Below the pieces are notes generated by a model. It saw nothing but the letters and a program-made list of their open reading frames with translations, searched no databases and was not told the DNA's origin. The translations under genes and the position numbers were made by a program. Source: Minisyncoccia bacterium (lineage in GTDB: Bacteria; Patescibacteriota; Minisyncoccia; SW-4-49-11). From it: a DNA stretch of 64,000 nucleotides. The stretch lies in the NCBI GenBank assembly GCA_044356325.1, contig JBIKWJ010000004.1, forward strand, positions 402 to 64,401, given 5' to 3'. Positions 47,105-55,875 of the stretch are shown one piece after another. The number at the start of each line of letters is the position of its first letter. The first letter of the stretch is position 1.

Positions 47105-48715
47105 TTACTTCTCTATGCGTGGGAAAATGTGAATATTCTCGCCCGCAAGAAGTCTTTTCATTAATATTGCAGTTGATGGCATTATTGGCTCAATTGCCTC
47201 TATGATTGTATCAAGAGATCTAAGCCAAATCCGTATAAGAGCATTCAATTCTTCAACCTCTCCCTCTTTATATAATTCCCAGGGTTTTTGGGATTCTATT
47301 TCTTGACCAATAGCAGTTACCATTTGAAAAATATATTCTATAGCTGCCCAAATATCATAAGCAGCCATAGAGTCGCGATAATTAGATTTAAGAATATCTA
47401 ATCTGGGATTATATCCTTCACCTTGATTCTTAGCCAATCGTTCTGAAGTTTCATCTATGTCGTCGTTCGGATCTATCCAATCAATACGATAACTTTGAGG
47501 TTGAGGAATTTCTGATTTTTTATACTCTTGATTTGAATCTGAGAGATCTATACCATATTTCTTTGCCATTCCAATTACACGGCTAAAGGTATTACCAAAT
47601 TTATTAACAAGTTCTGACTCATAAATTCCAATAATTTTCTCCTTGGTAATATCTCCATCATTACCAATTCGCATTTCTCGTAAGATAACATAGCGGAGTA
47701 TATCATTGCCAAGACCATCCGTTATCTCATCAAAATACGTAATAATATCTTGAGGTACTATAACATTACCAATACTTTTACTCATTTTACGCCCATCAGA
47801 GAGGAAAAATCCTGTGATGAGAATAGTCTTCGGCAAATTCTCTTCTGGTACTCCGAGGGCCAAAAGAAAGGCTGGCCAATATACTGCATGAAATTTCAGA
47901 ATATCCTTACCCATTACTTGCAAATCTGGTGGCCAAATATCTCCAATTTTAGCTAAAATCTCTCCTATAGATAAATCTTTAATATCTATATTTTGACTCG
48001 CCAATATTCCGGACATATAATTAAATAAAGCATCAATCCAAACATATAATGTTTGACTAGTATCAAATGGTACTGGTATACCCCAGCTTACTTTTTCTCG
48101 GGTTACCGAAAAATCTCCCACTTCTGGATTTTTCAAGAGCTCAATTGCCTCATTACGGCGAGATTCTGGTACAATATTAATCTTACCGTCCTCTATAAGC
48201 TGTAAAACTTTATCCTTATATTTATTTAATCGAAAAAAGTAATTCTTTTCTAATATAATTTGGGGTTTTTCATCATGATCAGGGCATAATCCTCCCACTC
48301 TCAATTCAGATTGAGTGACAAAAGACTCCGCTCCTACACAATATAAAGCCTCATATTCTTGTGGGTATATATCATCACTTTCTAATAATTTTTGAATAAC
48401 AACTTGACATAAAGCTTTATGAGTCGGATTAGTAGTACGAATAAAATAATCATAGCTAATATCCAAATCTTTCCAAACTCCTTCCCAAATAGCAGATAAT
48501 TTATCTGTATATTCCTGAGGTGATAAATTGTCTTTTTGGGCTGCATCAGCTACTTTTTGCCCATGCTCATCGGTACCCGTCAAAAAGAAAGCTCCCGATC
48601 CAAACTTACGATTATAGCGTGCCAATACATCAGCAATGGTCGTTGCATAATAATGCCCTAGATGAGGCTCCCCATTCAAGTAATAAATAGGAGTTGTGAC
48701 AAAGAATTTTTTCAT
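47105..48715 (-). CDS. metG: Methionyl-tRNA synthetase
   Basis: HIGH region GEPHLGHYY and KMSKS present. 536 aa. Confidence 0.9.
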   Translation of the reverse strand: MKKFFVTTPIYYLNGEPHLGHYYATTIADVLARYNRKFGSGAFFLTGTDEHGQKVADAAQKDNLSPQEYTDKLSAIWEGVWKDLDISYDYFIRTTNPTHKALCQVVIQKLLESDDIYPQEYEALYCVGAESFVTQSELRVGGLCPDHDEKPQIILEKNYFFRLNKYKDKVLQLIEDGKINIVPESRRNEAIELLKNPEVGDFSVTREKVSWGIPVPFDTSQTLYVWIDALFNYMSGILASQNIDIKDLSIGEILAKIGDIWPPDLQVMGKDILKFHAVYWPAFLLALGVPEENLPKTILITGFFLSDGRKMSKSIGNVIVPQDIITYFDEITDGLGNDILRYVILREMRIGNDGDITKEKIIGIYESELVNKFGNTFSRVIGMAKKYGIDLSDSNQEYKKSEIPQPQSYRIDWIDPNDDIDETSERLAKNQGEGYNPRLDILKSNYRDSMAAYDIWAAIEYIFQMVTAIGQEIESQKPWELYKEGEVEELNALIRIWLRSLDTIIEAIEPIMPSTAILMKRLLAGENIHIFPRIEK

Positions 48716-48766
48716 ATACTTATTTGCTATTAGATTGATATCATTTCTTCACCTAATACGTATAAA

Positions 48767-49222
48767 TTACTTAATCTCCAAAATCACATATTTCTGCACA
48801 CCAGATGGAGTCTCAACTTCCACCTCTTCTCCAACACTACGATGCATAAAAGCTTGTCCAAGAGGAGATTCATCTGAAATTTTTCTCTCAGCAGGATTAG
48901 CTTCAGTTGGACCTACAATTAAAAATTCTCTTTCCCCAACACCATTAGCAACTTTAATTTGAGACCCTAAAGATACAAATTGAGAGTTGGTAGGAGATTC
49001 AATTACTTCAGCATTACGAATTAAATCTTCTAATTCTAAAATTTTAGATTCATTAAAAGCCATATCATTTTTTGCTTCATGATATTCGGAGTTTTCTTTC
49101 AAATCTCCTTGCTCCTTTGCAAACTTAATTTTCTCAACAATATCCTTGCGTCGAATCAAAAGAGCCTCAAGTTCTACTTGCGCCTTTTCTAACCCTGACT
49201 TAGTCATATGATACTTCTTCAT
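48767..49222 (-). CDS. greA: Transcription elongation factor GreA
   Basis: N-terminal coiled coil with acidic tip (DLKENSEYHEAKND) and C-terminal FKBP-like domain. Confidence 0.9.
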   Translation of the reverse strand: MKKYHMTKSGLEKAQVELEALLIRRKDIVEKIKFAKEQGDLKENSEYHEAKNDMAFNESKILELEDLIRNAEVIESPTNSQFVSLGSQIKVANGVGEREFLIVGPTEANPAERKISDESPLGQAFMHRSVGEEVEVETPSGVQKYVILEIK

Positions 49223-49336
49223 ATATTATGTAATTATATAGTATTAACGAATTGAAGGACGTATATATTTATATATATCTTTTATATATTCACTTTTTAT
49301 TATAAATATCCTATTGTATATTCACTTTTACTGTTA

Positions 49337-51292
49337 ATGGAGTATACTATATGTATGTATATTTTGCAAGTTGTCCCTCTCATCAAACTCCCTGGTCAAA
49401 TAAGCCAAACTTTGACCTATTATGCTTCCGAGAATATTCTCCCGGGAACTCTTATCTTAGTGGGAGTTCGTAATACAGATATTACCGCAATAGTTTATTT
49501 TTGTCAAGAGTTGACAAATGCCAAACAAGATTTAAAGAAATTTGCAAGCTTTAGCCCCAAGCCAATTCGCAAGCGATTTTCTGATAATAGCTTGTTAACA
49601 AGCCAACAATTAGAATTAGCTCAATGGATGAGTAATTATTATGCCCATGCACTTGGTAATATTATCAAATTATTTATACCCAAATTATCCAACAAAATAA
49701 AACGCTATCCCAATATACTCAATGTCCCCTCTCCTGAAATAGAATTAGGCCCTGATTATATACCAAAAGTATTCCTAGGAACTCTTACTAAACGTCTCAA
49801 ACACTATCATACTATTCTTAAATCAACTATAGGTCAAATACTGATATTAGTACCCGATACTATTAGTCTCGAAAGACTTTCCCGTGAATTTGCAGATTAT
49901 AATCCCCTACTCATCAGCTCACAACTCGGCATAACTGCCCAGAGGGCCGCTTGGTCTCAAGTCAAATCAGGAGAAGCTAAGATTATTATTGGTACGAGAG
50001 GTAATATATTCCTTCCCTTTCAACATTTAACTCATATTATCATTGAGGATGAATCCTCTGAAGCCTATTATTCTTTTGATACCAAACCTCATTATCATAC
50101 AACCAGTATTGCAGTCGAGGTAGCCAAATTATATAAAGCCCATATCACCCTCGCCTCCACTATTCCGAGCATTAGTACTCTTGCTTTATTAGAATCTCAT
50201 AATCTCAGTCTCCCCACTGAGGTATACCCTCATATCCCTAAATCCAAAATCAATTTGATTGAAATGCAAACCGAATTCTATAAGGGAAACCGAGATTTAT
50301 TATCCATACCCGCCCAAAAAGCTATACAGAAGTCTCTACAAAATAATCAATCTGTTATTATATATGTCAATCGCCGAGGTGAATCTCTCTATGTATCTTG
50401 CCGCGATTGTGGATATCACCTCAGAGACCCAAAAACAGGAACTTTACTCACCGTGCATCGTGTAGACACTTTACCAAAAGCCATACCCAATTATACCGAG
50501 AATCAAGTATTATTATCCCATAGCTCACATAAATGGTTTAAGATGATACATATTTGCCCACAATGCAAATCCCTCAATTTACATCAAGGAGGAATTGGAA
50601 TTGAGAAAATTGAAGATTTTAGTAAATCCTTATTCCCCAACATTCCCCATTTTGTACTTTCTAGTGATACCGCCAGCAACTTGGAACATCAGCAAAGTAT
50701 TATAGATAATTTTACTCAGACTAAACCCGCAATTCTACTCACTACGCGTATGATACACAAATTTCTAGATACTATCCCGAAAACTCTCACCATTATCCCC
50801 TCTGCTGAATCCCTGGTTAATTTCCCCGATTATACTATTCGAGAAAAGTCAATACAGGTTTTATCCGAGCTCATAATGCATAGTGATAAAACTCTAATAC
50901 AGACATTCACCGCTTGGAATCGTGATGAGGAGAGTCCCTCACATATTCACACCATACTCAATCACCCTATTGCCGAGTTATGGGAACAAGAATATGAGAA
51001 TCGCAATCTCTATCATTATCCCCCACAATATGAGATTATCGCCATACATTCACAACATCATATCAGATCCAAATCTCTAGCCCAGGCTCTCAGAATCAAA
51101 GAGGCTTTGTCTAGTATACATATACGAGCTCTTGGACCTTTAGAAAAATATATTGCTCGAGGCAAGGGTCTGTATCGCTTTACCCTCACTATACAAACCT
51201 CACCCAAACAAGCCACCTCTATCAAACGCAAATTAGTCCCCATATTAGAATATGGCCAAGAAATAGAAATCAATCCCCCAAATTTGGTGTAA
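49337..51292 (+). CDS. priA: Primosomal protein N' (PriA) homologue with degenerate helicase motifs
   Basis: Collinear with PriA: ILILVPDTISLERL (cf. ALVLVPEIALTPQ), AKIIIGTRGNIFLPF, and the Cys4 zinc region CRDCGYH...CPQC. Walker A reads TLTKRL (not GSGKT) and Walker B reads IEDES (not DEEH). Confidence 0.7.
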   Translation: MEYTICMYILQVVPLIKLPGQISQTLTYYASENILPGTLILVGVRNTDITAIVYFCQELTNAKQDLKKFASFSPKPIRKRFSDNSLLTSQQLELAQWMSNYYAHALGNIIKLFIPKLSNKIKRYPNILNVPSPEIELGPDYIPKVFLGTLTKRLKHYHTILKSTIGQILILVPDTISLERLSREFADYNPLLISSQLGITAQRAAWSQVKSGEAKIIIGTRGNIFLPFQHLTHIIIEDESSEAYYSFDTKPHYHTTSIAVEVAKLYKAHITLASTIPSISTLALLESHNLSLPTEVYPHIPKSKINLIEMQTEFYKGNRDLLSIPAQKAIQKSLQNNQSVIIYVNRRGESLYVSCRDCGYHLRDPKTGTLLTVHRVDTLPKAIPNYTENQVLLSHSSHKWFKMIHICPQCKSLNLHQGGIGIEKIEDFSKSLFPNIPHFVLSSDTASNLEHQQSIIDNFTQTKPAILLTTRMIHKFLDTIPKTLTIIPSAESLVNFPDYTIREKSIQVLSELIMHSDKTLIQTFTAWNRDEESPSHIHTILNHPIAELWEQEYENRNLYHYPPQYEIIAIHSQHHIRSKSLAQALRIKEALSSIHIRALGPLEKYIARGKGLYRFTLTIQTSPKQATSIKRKLVPILEYGQEIEINPPNLV

Positions 51293-51314
51293 TATCTTAA
51301 TAAGGTTAAATATC

Positions 51315-51385
51315 TGAGTTCTGTAGGGGCGACCTGGTAGTCGCCTGTGCTATTATGTTCCCCCTCTGAAGACGGTGAGCTAGGT
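51315..51385. repeat. GC-rich repeat module (ctgtaggggcgacc..gtcgcctgtg type)
   Basis: Shares ctgtaggggcgacc and tcgcctgtg with 53931-53960 and 31757-31790, and (reverse-complemented) with 35488-35512. Confidence 0.7.
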
Positions 51386-51392
51386 TTCGATA

Positions 51393-51427
51393 GTAGAAAA
51401 AGAGGGACAGCATTACGCGCTGTCCCT
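51393..51427 (-). terminator. Rho-independent terminator for the clamp-like gene
   Basis: gggacagc-attacgc-gctgtccc followed on the minus strand by CTTTTTCT. Confidence 0.6.
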
Positions 51428-51444
51428 TAACACTGAATATACAC

Positions 51445-52338
51445 CTATAAACTCACGATGGGCATTAGCAAGTAATCCATATGTATATACGGCCCTATGG
51501 TGGCAGTAAATAGGAATTGCCCTGATCGTGTAGACCGATTGATATTCATTGTAACCAAACCCGATGATGAATAGCGCTTAACTAGCTCAAGGAAATCCAA
51601 TAACTGTTTTACACTAAAAGAGATATCCTCATAATGAATAGGTGTTTGCAATAAAATATCTAACTCTTTACCGTTATACGCAGTAAATATGAGCTTTAAT
51701 GAACCATTATCTTGCCTAGTTTGAACATTAACCACACCAGCCGCCAGCAACTCCAACTTCTTAACTTCTTGATCCGTTAATTCTTCTGAATCCCCCGCTA
51801 ACCTCTTAACTGCTTCACCCATTAAATTCTTAACTTTTTTAAGGAAATTGTATAAACGGTTACCATCAAAAGATACTGTATTTTGGTGGTCTAGAGTTGG
51901 CCAAGCATTGTCTAGGCTCTCATAAGGATATTGATTAATTCTATTTTTCCTTAATTCAATCCTATCCGAGGAAATGGAGCGAATTATTGGGTTACCTTTG
52001 CATAGATCATCTATAACCCCTACTTGTCCAATACCCAATTGGCTACGACCTAATTGGTCTATTCTTACAAACCGAGGGGACTTAACATATCTTGAAAATG
52101 CACTTCGATGAATGAGTATCGGCTTTGTGCAGTGCCATATGGTATTTTGAAAGGTAATACGCAATGCTCGAACGGTATCAGTGGAAATAATTCGCATTCC
52201 ACCATTTAAAGGCTGGATAAAAATGCAGTTAAGGCCCTCACGATATTTATCCCTACTAGCACATATGCTAGCCGCGTACAGTACGCCTTCAGGTAGCAAC
52301 GCTAATACTTTGTTCATGGGAAAAGCTCCAATGTACAA
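51445..52338 (-). CDS. Two-domain DNA polymerase III beta-clamp-like protein (DnaN paralogue lacking domain I)
   Basis: REGLNCIFIQPLNGGMRIISTDTVRALRI aligns with DnaN domain II (RYYLNGMLFE....LRTVATDGHRLAV). The C-terminus YLLMPIVSL resembles DnaN YVVMPMRL. The gene has visibly higher GC than its neighbours. Confidence 0.5.
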   Translation of the reverse strand: MYIGAFPMNKVLALLPEGVLYAASICASRDKYREGLNCIFIQPLNGGMRIISTDTVRALRITFQNTIWHCTKPILIHRSAFSRYVKSPRFVRIDQLGRSQLGIGQVGVIDDLCKGNPIIRSISSDRIELRKNRINQYPYESLDNAWPTLDHQNTVSFDGNRLYNFLKKVKNLMGEAVKRLAGDSEELTDQEVKKLELLAAGVVNVQTRQDNGSLKLIFTAYNGKELDILLQTPIHYEDISFSVKQLLDFLELVKRYSSSGLVTMNINRSTRSGQFLFTATIGPYIHMDYLLMPIVSL

Positions 52339-52432
52339 AAAGAATATATCATATCTCTTCCAATTTGTCTACGATATATCTCATCACCCTCCTTGCTTTT
52401 TTGCCTCATTTATGCTATAATATAGTAACAAA

Positions 52433-52966
52433 TTGTTATACTATTATATGATTCTTGATATTGAAACAGGACTTAAAAATCCTATTCTCCGTACCAAATC
52501 TGAACCTATTGATTCTATTACTCGAGATATTCATAAATTAGCTCGAGATATGAAATCTAGTATTAGACCTCATCATGGGATGGGGCTTGCTGCTCCACAA
52601 GTCGGACATAATGTACGATTGATTTTGATTAATGTCCCAGGAGAGCATTTTGAAGAGTCAGGATTTGAGGATTGTGCTTTGGATCAACATTATGTAATTA
52701 TTAATCCTGAATTAACTGCTTTGAGTCAGGATACTGCTACTATGGAAGAGGGGTGTTTATCTTTGCCTGAATATTTTGCTGATGTGATTAGGCCTACCAG
52801 TATTGAATTTACGGGGCTTAATCTAAAGGGTGAGAAAATTGGTGGTAAGGCTTATGGAATTTTTGCTCGAATTCTACAACATGAAATTGATCATCTTGAT
52901 GGGGTATTATTTGCTGATAAGGCGCTTCCTGTAAAGCTAAAACAAAGTGGGAAAGTGTATGTCTAA
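52433..52966 (+). CDS. def: Peptide deformylase
   Basis: Motifs GMGLAAPQVG, EGCLS and QHEIDHLDG. Confidence 0.9.
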   Translation: MLYYYMILDIETGLKNPILRTKSEPIDSITRDIHKLARDMKSSIRPHHGMGLAAPQVGHNVRLILINVPGEHFEESGFEDCALDQHYVIINPELTALSQDTATMEEGCLSLPEYFADVIRPTSIEFTGLNLKGEKIGGKAYGIFARILQHEIDHLDGVLFADKALPVKLKQSGKVYV

Positions 52967-53909
52967 ACCCCGTATTGTAGTTTGGGGTACTCCTCAGCTT
53001 ACGGTTGCTATTGCTGAGTACCTACTCGATTGGGCCGATATTGTCGCCATCATTACTACTCCCGATACTCCGCAGGGGCGTAAAAGAATTTTAACTCCTA
53101 GTCCGCTCAAAGTATTTGGGGAAAGTAATTTTATTCCCGTGTATAGTCCTATTTCTCTCAAAACTCCCGAGACTAGTGAATTATTGCGTACATTATCTGC
53201 TGATATTTGGCTTATTATTGCCTATGGTAAAATTATTCCGCAGGCTATATTAGATATTATGCCTCATAGAGTACTGAATATTCATCCTTCAAGACTTCCT
53301 CAATATCGTGGACCATCTCCTATACAGGCGAGCCTCCGTAATGGAGACAAGAGTACCGCTGTTAGTTTGATGGAGATTGATCATTTGATGGATCATGGAC
53401 CTATTATTGCTCAGGAGGAAATGAGTATATCCCCTACTGATACCTATATTGAACTTGAGGCAAAAGTTATCACTGTTGCGGCTGATATACTGAGACAAAA
53501 TCTCATTCCTTTTATAAATGGAGGAATTACTTCCCAGCCTCAAGATGATGCTAAAGCTAGTTTTGTGAAAATGGTTCAAAAAATTGATGGGATTATTGAT
53601 TGGGAGAGTCAATCAGCTGAGGATATTATGAATGCCTATAGAGCTTATACTATTTGGCCTCAAGTATATACCTATCTCAATACGGATAAAAAGATTGTAT
53701 TTGATAGATTAGATCTTGAGCATATATCTGATATTAAGCTTAAGCCAGGATATTGGCAATTAGATTCTACTAGTCATAATCTGATTATTGGAACAAAAAT
53801 AGGGAATATTGCGGTCAAAGAATTAACTGTAGAAGGGAAAAAGACTATTACTGCTGATAGCTTTGCGAATGGATATGCAGGGGTGTATTTTGTGAATAGA
53901 GAGTTATAA
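52947..53909 (+). CDS. fmt: Methionyl-tRNA formyltransferase
   Basis: HPSRLPQYRGPSPIQASL formyltransferase core. It overlaps the def stop by 20 nt. Confidence 0.9.
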   Translation: MGKCMSKPRIVVWGTPQLTVAIAEYLLDWADIVAIITTPDTPQGRKRILTPSPLKVFGESNFIPVYSPISLKTPETSELLRTLSADIWLIIAYGKIIPQAILDIMPHRVLNIHPSRLPQYRGPSPIQASLRNGDKSTAVSLMEIDHLMDHGPIIAQEEMSISPTDTYIELEAKVITVAADILRQNLIPFINGGITSQPQDDAKASFVKMVQKIDGIIDWESQSAEDIMNAYRAYTIWPQVYTYLNTDKKIVFDRLDLEHISDIKLKPGYWQLDSTSHNLIIGTKIGNIAVKELTVEGKKTITADSFANGYAGVYFVNREL

Positions 53910-53910
53910 T

Positions 53911-54272
53911 ATCGTAGATAAATTGTGAGTTCTGTAGGGGCGACCTTACAGTCGCCTGTGTTCTCCACCCCGTCTGTCTAGAGACATCCACCCCTCAAGA
54001 GGGGAATTTTTCGGACAGAGCCTTTTGTTATATACTGACTCCTATCTACTCACAACCCATGAGGGAAATTTTTAGAACAGTACATTGTATATATTCCCCT
54101 CTTGAGGGGTGGACAGCTTCGCTGGACGGGGTGGATAAAATACAAACTCAAACTCTATCCACCTCCGGCCTAGCGGCGACCTCCTCCAAAGGAGGACAAT
54201 AAAACTGTCCCTCGCTGGCGAGGGTGCCCGTAAGGGCGGGTGTGGACTGAGCTAATTCCCCTCTTGAGGGGT
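53911..54272. repeat. ~360-bp composite cluster of GC-rich palindromic repeat modules (largest copy of the family)
   Basis: Contains ctgtaggggcgaccttacagtcgcctgtg, ccaccccgtc, cccctcaagaggggaattttt ... ttcccctcttgaggggtg, gacggggtggata, tatccacctcc, gacctcctccaaaggaggac and ttcccctcttgaggggtag. All of these recur at other loci. Confidence 0.8.
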
Positions 54273-54291
54273 AGCAAAATAATATCAGAAA

Positions 54292-54320
54292 TTGACAAAA
54301 CTGCTATTTTATGCTATAGT
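54292..54320 (+). promoter_or_regulatory. Sigma70-like promoter (TTGACA-17-TATAGT) upstream of the glycosyltransferase gene
   Basis: Consensus hexamers immediately upstream of the ORF at 54323. Confidence 0.5.
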
Positions 54321-54322
54321 CT

Positions 54323-55453
54323 TTGTCTGTAGAACTAATATCCCATATGGTCATAGCATTTGTTGGTACCAGAGGAATTCCCTATCAAAATACTCGAGAT
54401 AGAAATGAGTATAATTGTGAAATTGTAGCGACTCAATTGGCAAGACGAGGGCATTCTGTATATGTGCTCTCAGACCCTAATTATACCCAATTAACGGAAT
54501 ATAAGAATATTCATATTATTCCAAGTCAACCCAAAGTTAAGTCCATTATTCGTGAGCTCCGGAAAATAGAAAATCTTGATATTGTACATATTAAATCCCT
54601 AGAATATGCTTGGGTGGCTTTTTGGGTATCATTACAAATGCCTCAAGTAAGAGTTATTTTTGATTATCATCAATATACTTTTATCAATAGTAAAAAAAAT
54701 AGACGCCGCTATATGCTACTCTCTTATATATCTGCTCAGTTTTCTGATTCTTTGATTATAGATAATCCAGAATTACAAACTCTCCTAAACCCTTCTTTTA
54801 AATCAAAAGTATATAGTATACCGACAGGAATTGATACTGCTTCTATTGTAAATTCTCAAAATAATTTCAAAAATTTGTATCCTCAAGAATATATTCTGGT
54901 TAATATTGGACAGTATAGAGATTCTGAAAGTTTAGAATTATGGCTAAAGGCATATCGCAAACATAATCTGAATCTTCCTGTTATTGTACTGGGTAAAGTA
55001 AAGCCTGCTATACGTGAGTCTTATCAAAGTGATATTATTCTTTTTGTAGGAGAATTAAGCGGGAATACCGAGCAGTCTCTGATTCAAAATGCTCATATAT
55101 TTGTAGAAATTTCTCCTAATAATGAAGATAAATATCCTATATCCTTAGCTCTGATTGCTGGGATTCCTGTTCTTGCTTCAAAAGGAGAATATAATCAAGA
55201 ATTAATAAAAGCAAATGGAATATTCTTTACTCCTTATAATTATGGCTCTATTGTAACTGGTCTCAATATTATTGAGGATATGTATCCTATTCTCAAGCGC
55301 ATAGCCTCAGAATATATGCCTATTATTCAGGATATATTATCTATTGAGGGTCAAGTACACAAATATCTGTATGCTTATCTCAATACATTTGAAGCGAAAA
55401 AAGCTCGTAAATATCTTGAAACCCCTCGATTCTCTATACCCGTAATTGGATAA
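54323..55453 (+). CDS. Glycosyltransferase (GT-B fold, GT4-like)
   Basis: C-terminal EDKYPISLALIAGIPVLASKGEYNQELIKANGIFFTP matches the GT4 E..G..LEAMA.G.PVIA pattern. Confidence 0.5.
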   Translation: MSVELISHMVIAFVGTRGIPYQNTRDRNEYNCEIVATQLARRGHSVYVLSDPNYTQLTEYKNIHIIPSQPKVKSIIRELRKIENLDIVHIKSLEYAWVAFWVSLQMPQVRVIFDYHQYTFINSKKNRRRYMLLSYISAQFSDSLIIDNPELQTLLNPSFKSKVYSIPTGIDTASIVNSQNNFKNLYPQEYILVNIGQYRDSESLELWLKAYRKHNLNLPVIVLGKVKPAIRESYQSDIILFVGELSGNTEQSLIQNAHIFVEISPNNEDKYPISLALIAGIPVLASKGEYNQELIKANGIFFTPYNYGSIVTGLNIIEDMYPILKRIASEYMPIIQDILSIEGQVHKYLYAYLNTFEAKKARKYLETPRFSIPVIG

Positions 55454-55861
55454 TTATTCTGTGGGATTTTCTTCTGCTGTTTCTGCGTGGATATGCTCTT
55501 CTCCATGATCATGGTTATGTCCATCATGATTATGCTCAAGTTCTAATTCTTGGGTCAAATTCTTGGTAATTTCCTCTTTATGTTGTACTAATTCTGCTTT
55601 TAATACTTCGATTTGACTCGCAAATATATCGCTAAGAGTAGGGACATTTTCTTGAATATAGGTAGTGACGAGTTCCGGATCATTATCATTGAGTAAAGTG
55701 TCTAAATGCTGAGCTTGCTCTTCACTAAGGGTATCATAAGCCGCACTGAGTACACGAACTTCGAGAATTTGAGTTAATTCATCTACCAATTGCGCTCTAT
55801 TCTCAATAGGTAAATCTTCTAGTCCTAATAATGTGATGATATTGTCTTGTGCATTGTCCAT
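55454..55861 (-). CDS. Small acidic protein with a His-rich C-terminus (putative metal-binding)
   Basis: HNHDGHNHDHGEEHIHAE tail. The gene abuts the giant downstream ORF. Confidence 0.4.
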   Translation of the reverse strand: MDNAQDNIITLLGLEDLPIENRAQLVDELTQILEVRVLSAAYDTLSEEQAQHLDTLLNDNDPELVTTYIQENVPTLSDIFASQIEVLKAELVQHKEEITKNLTQELELEHNHDGHNHDHGEEHIHAETAEENPTE

Positions 55862-55875
55862 ATTATTGTAATTAA

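Noticed and set aside
14327-54272. CRISPR array hypothesis for the recurring GC-rich repeats
   Set aside because: The repeats are kilobases apart and modular, in both orientations, with no regular repeat-spacer periodicity and no cas genes.
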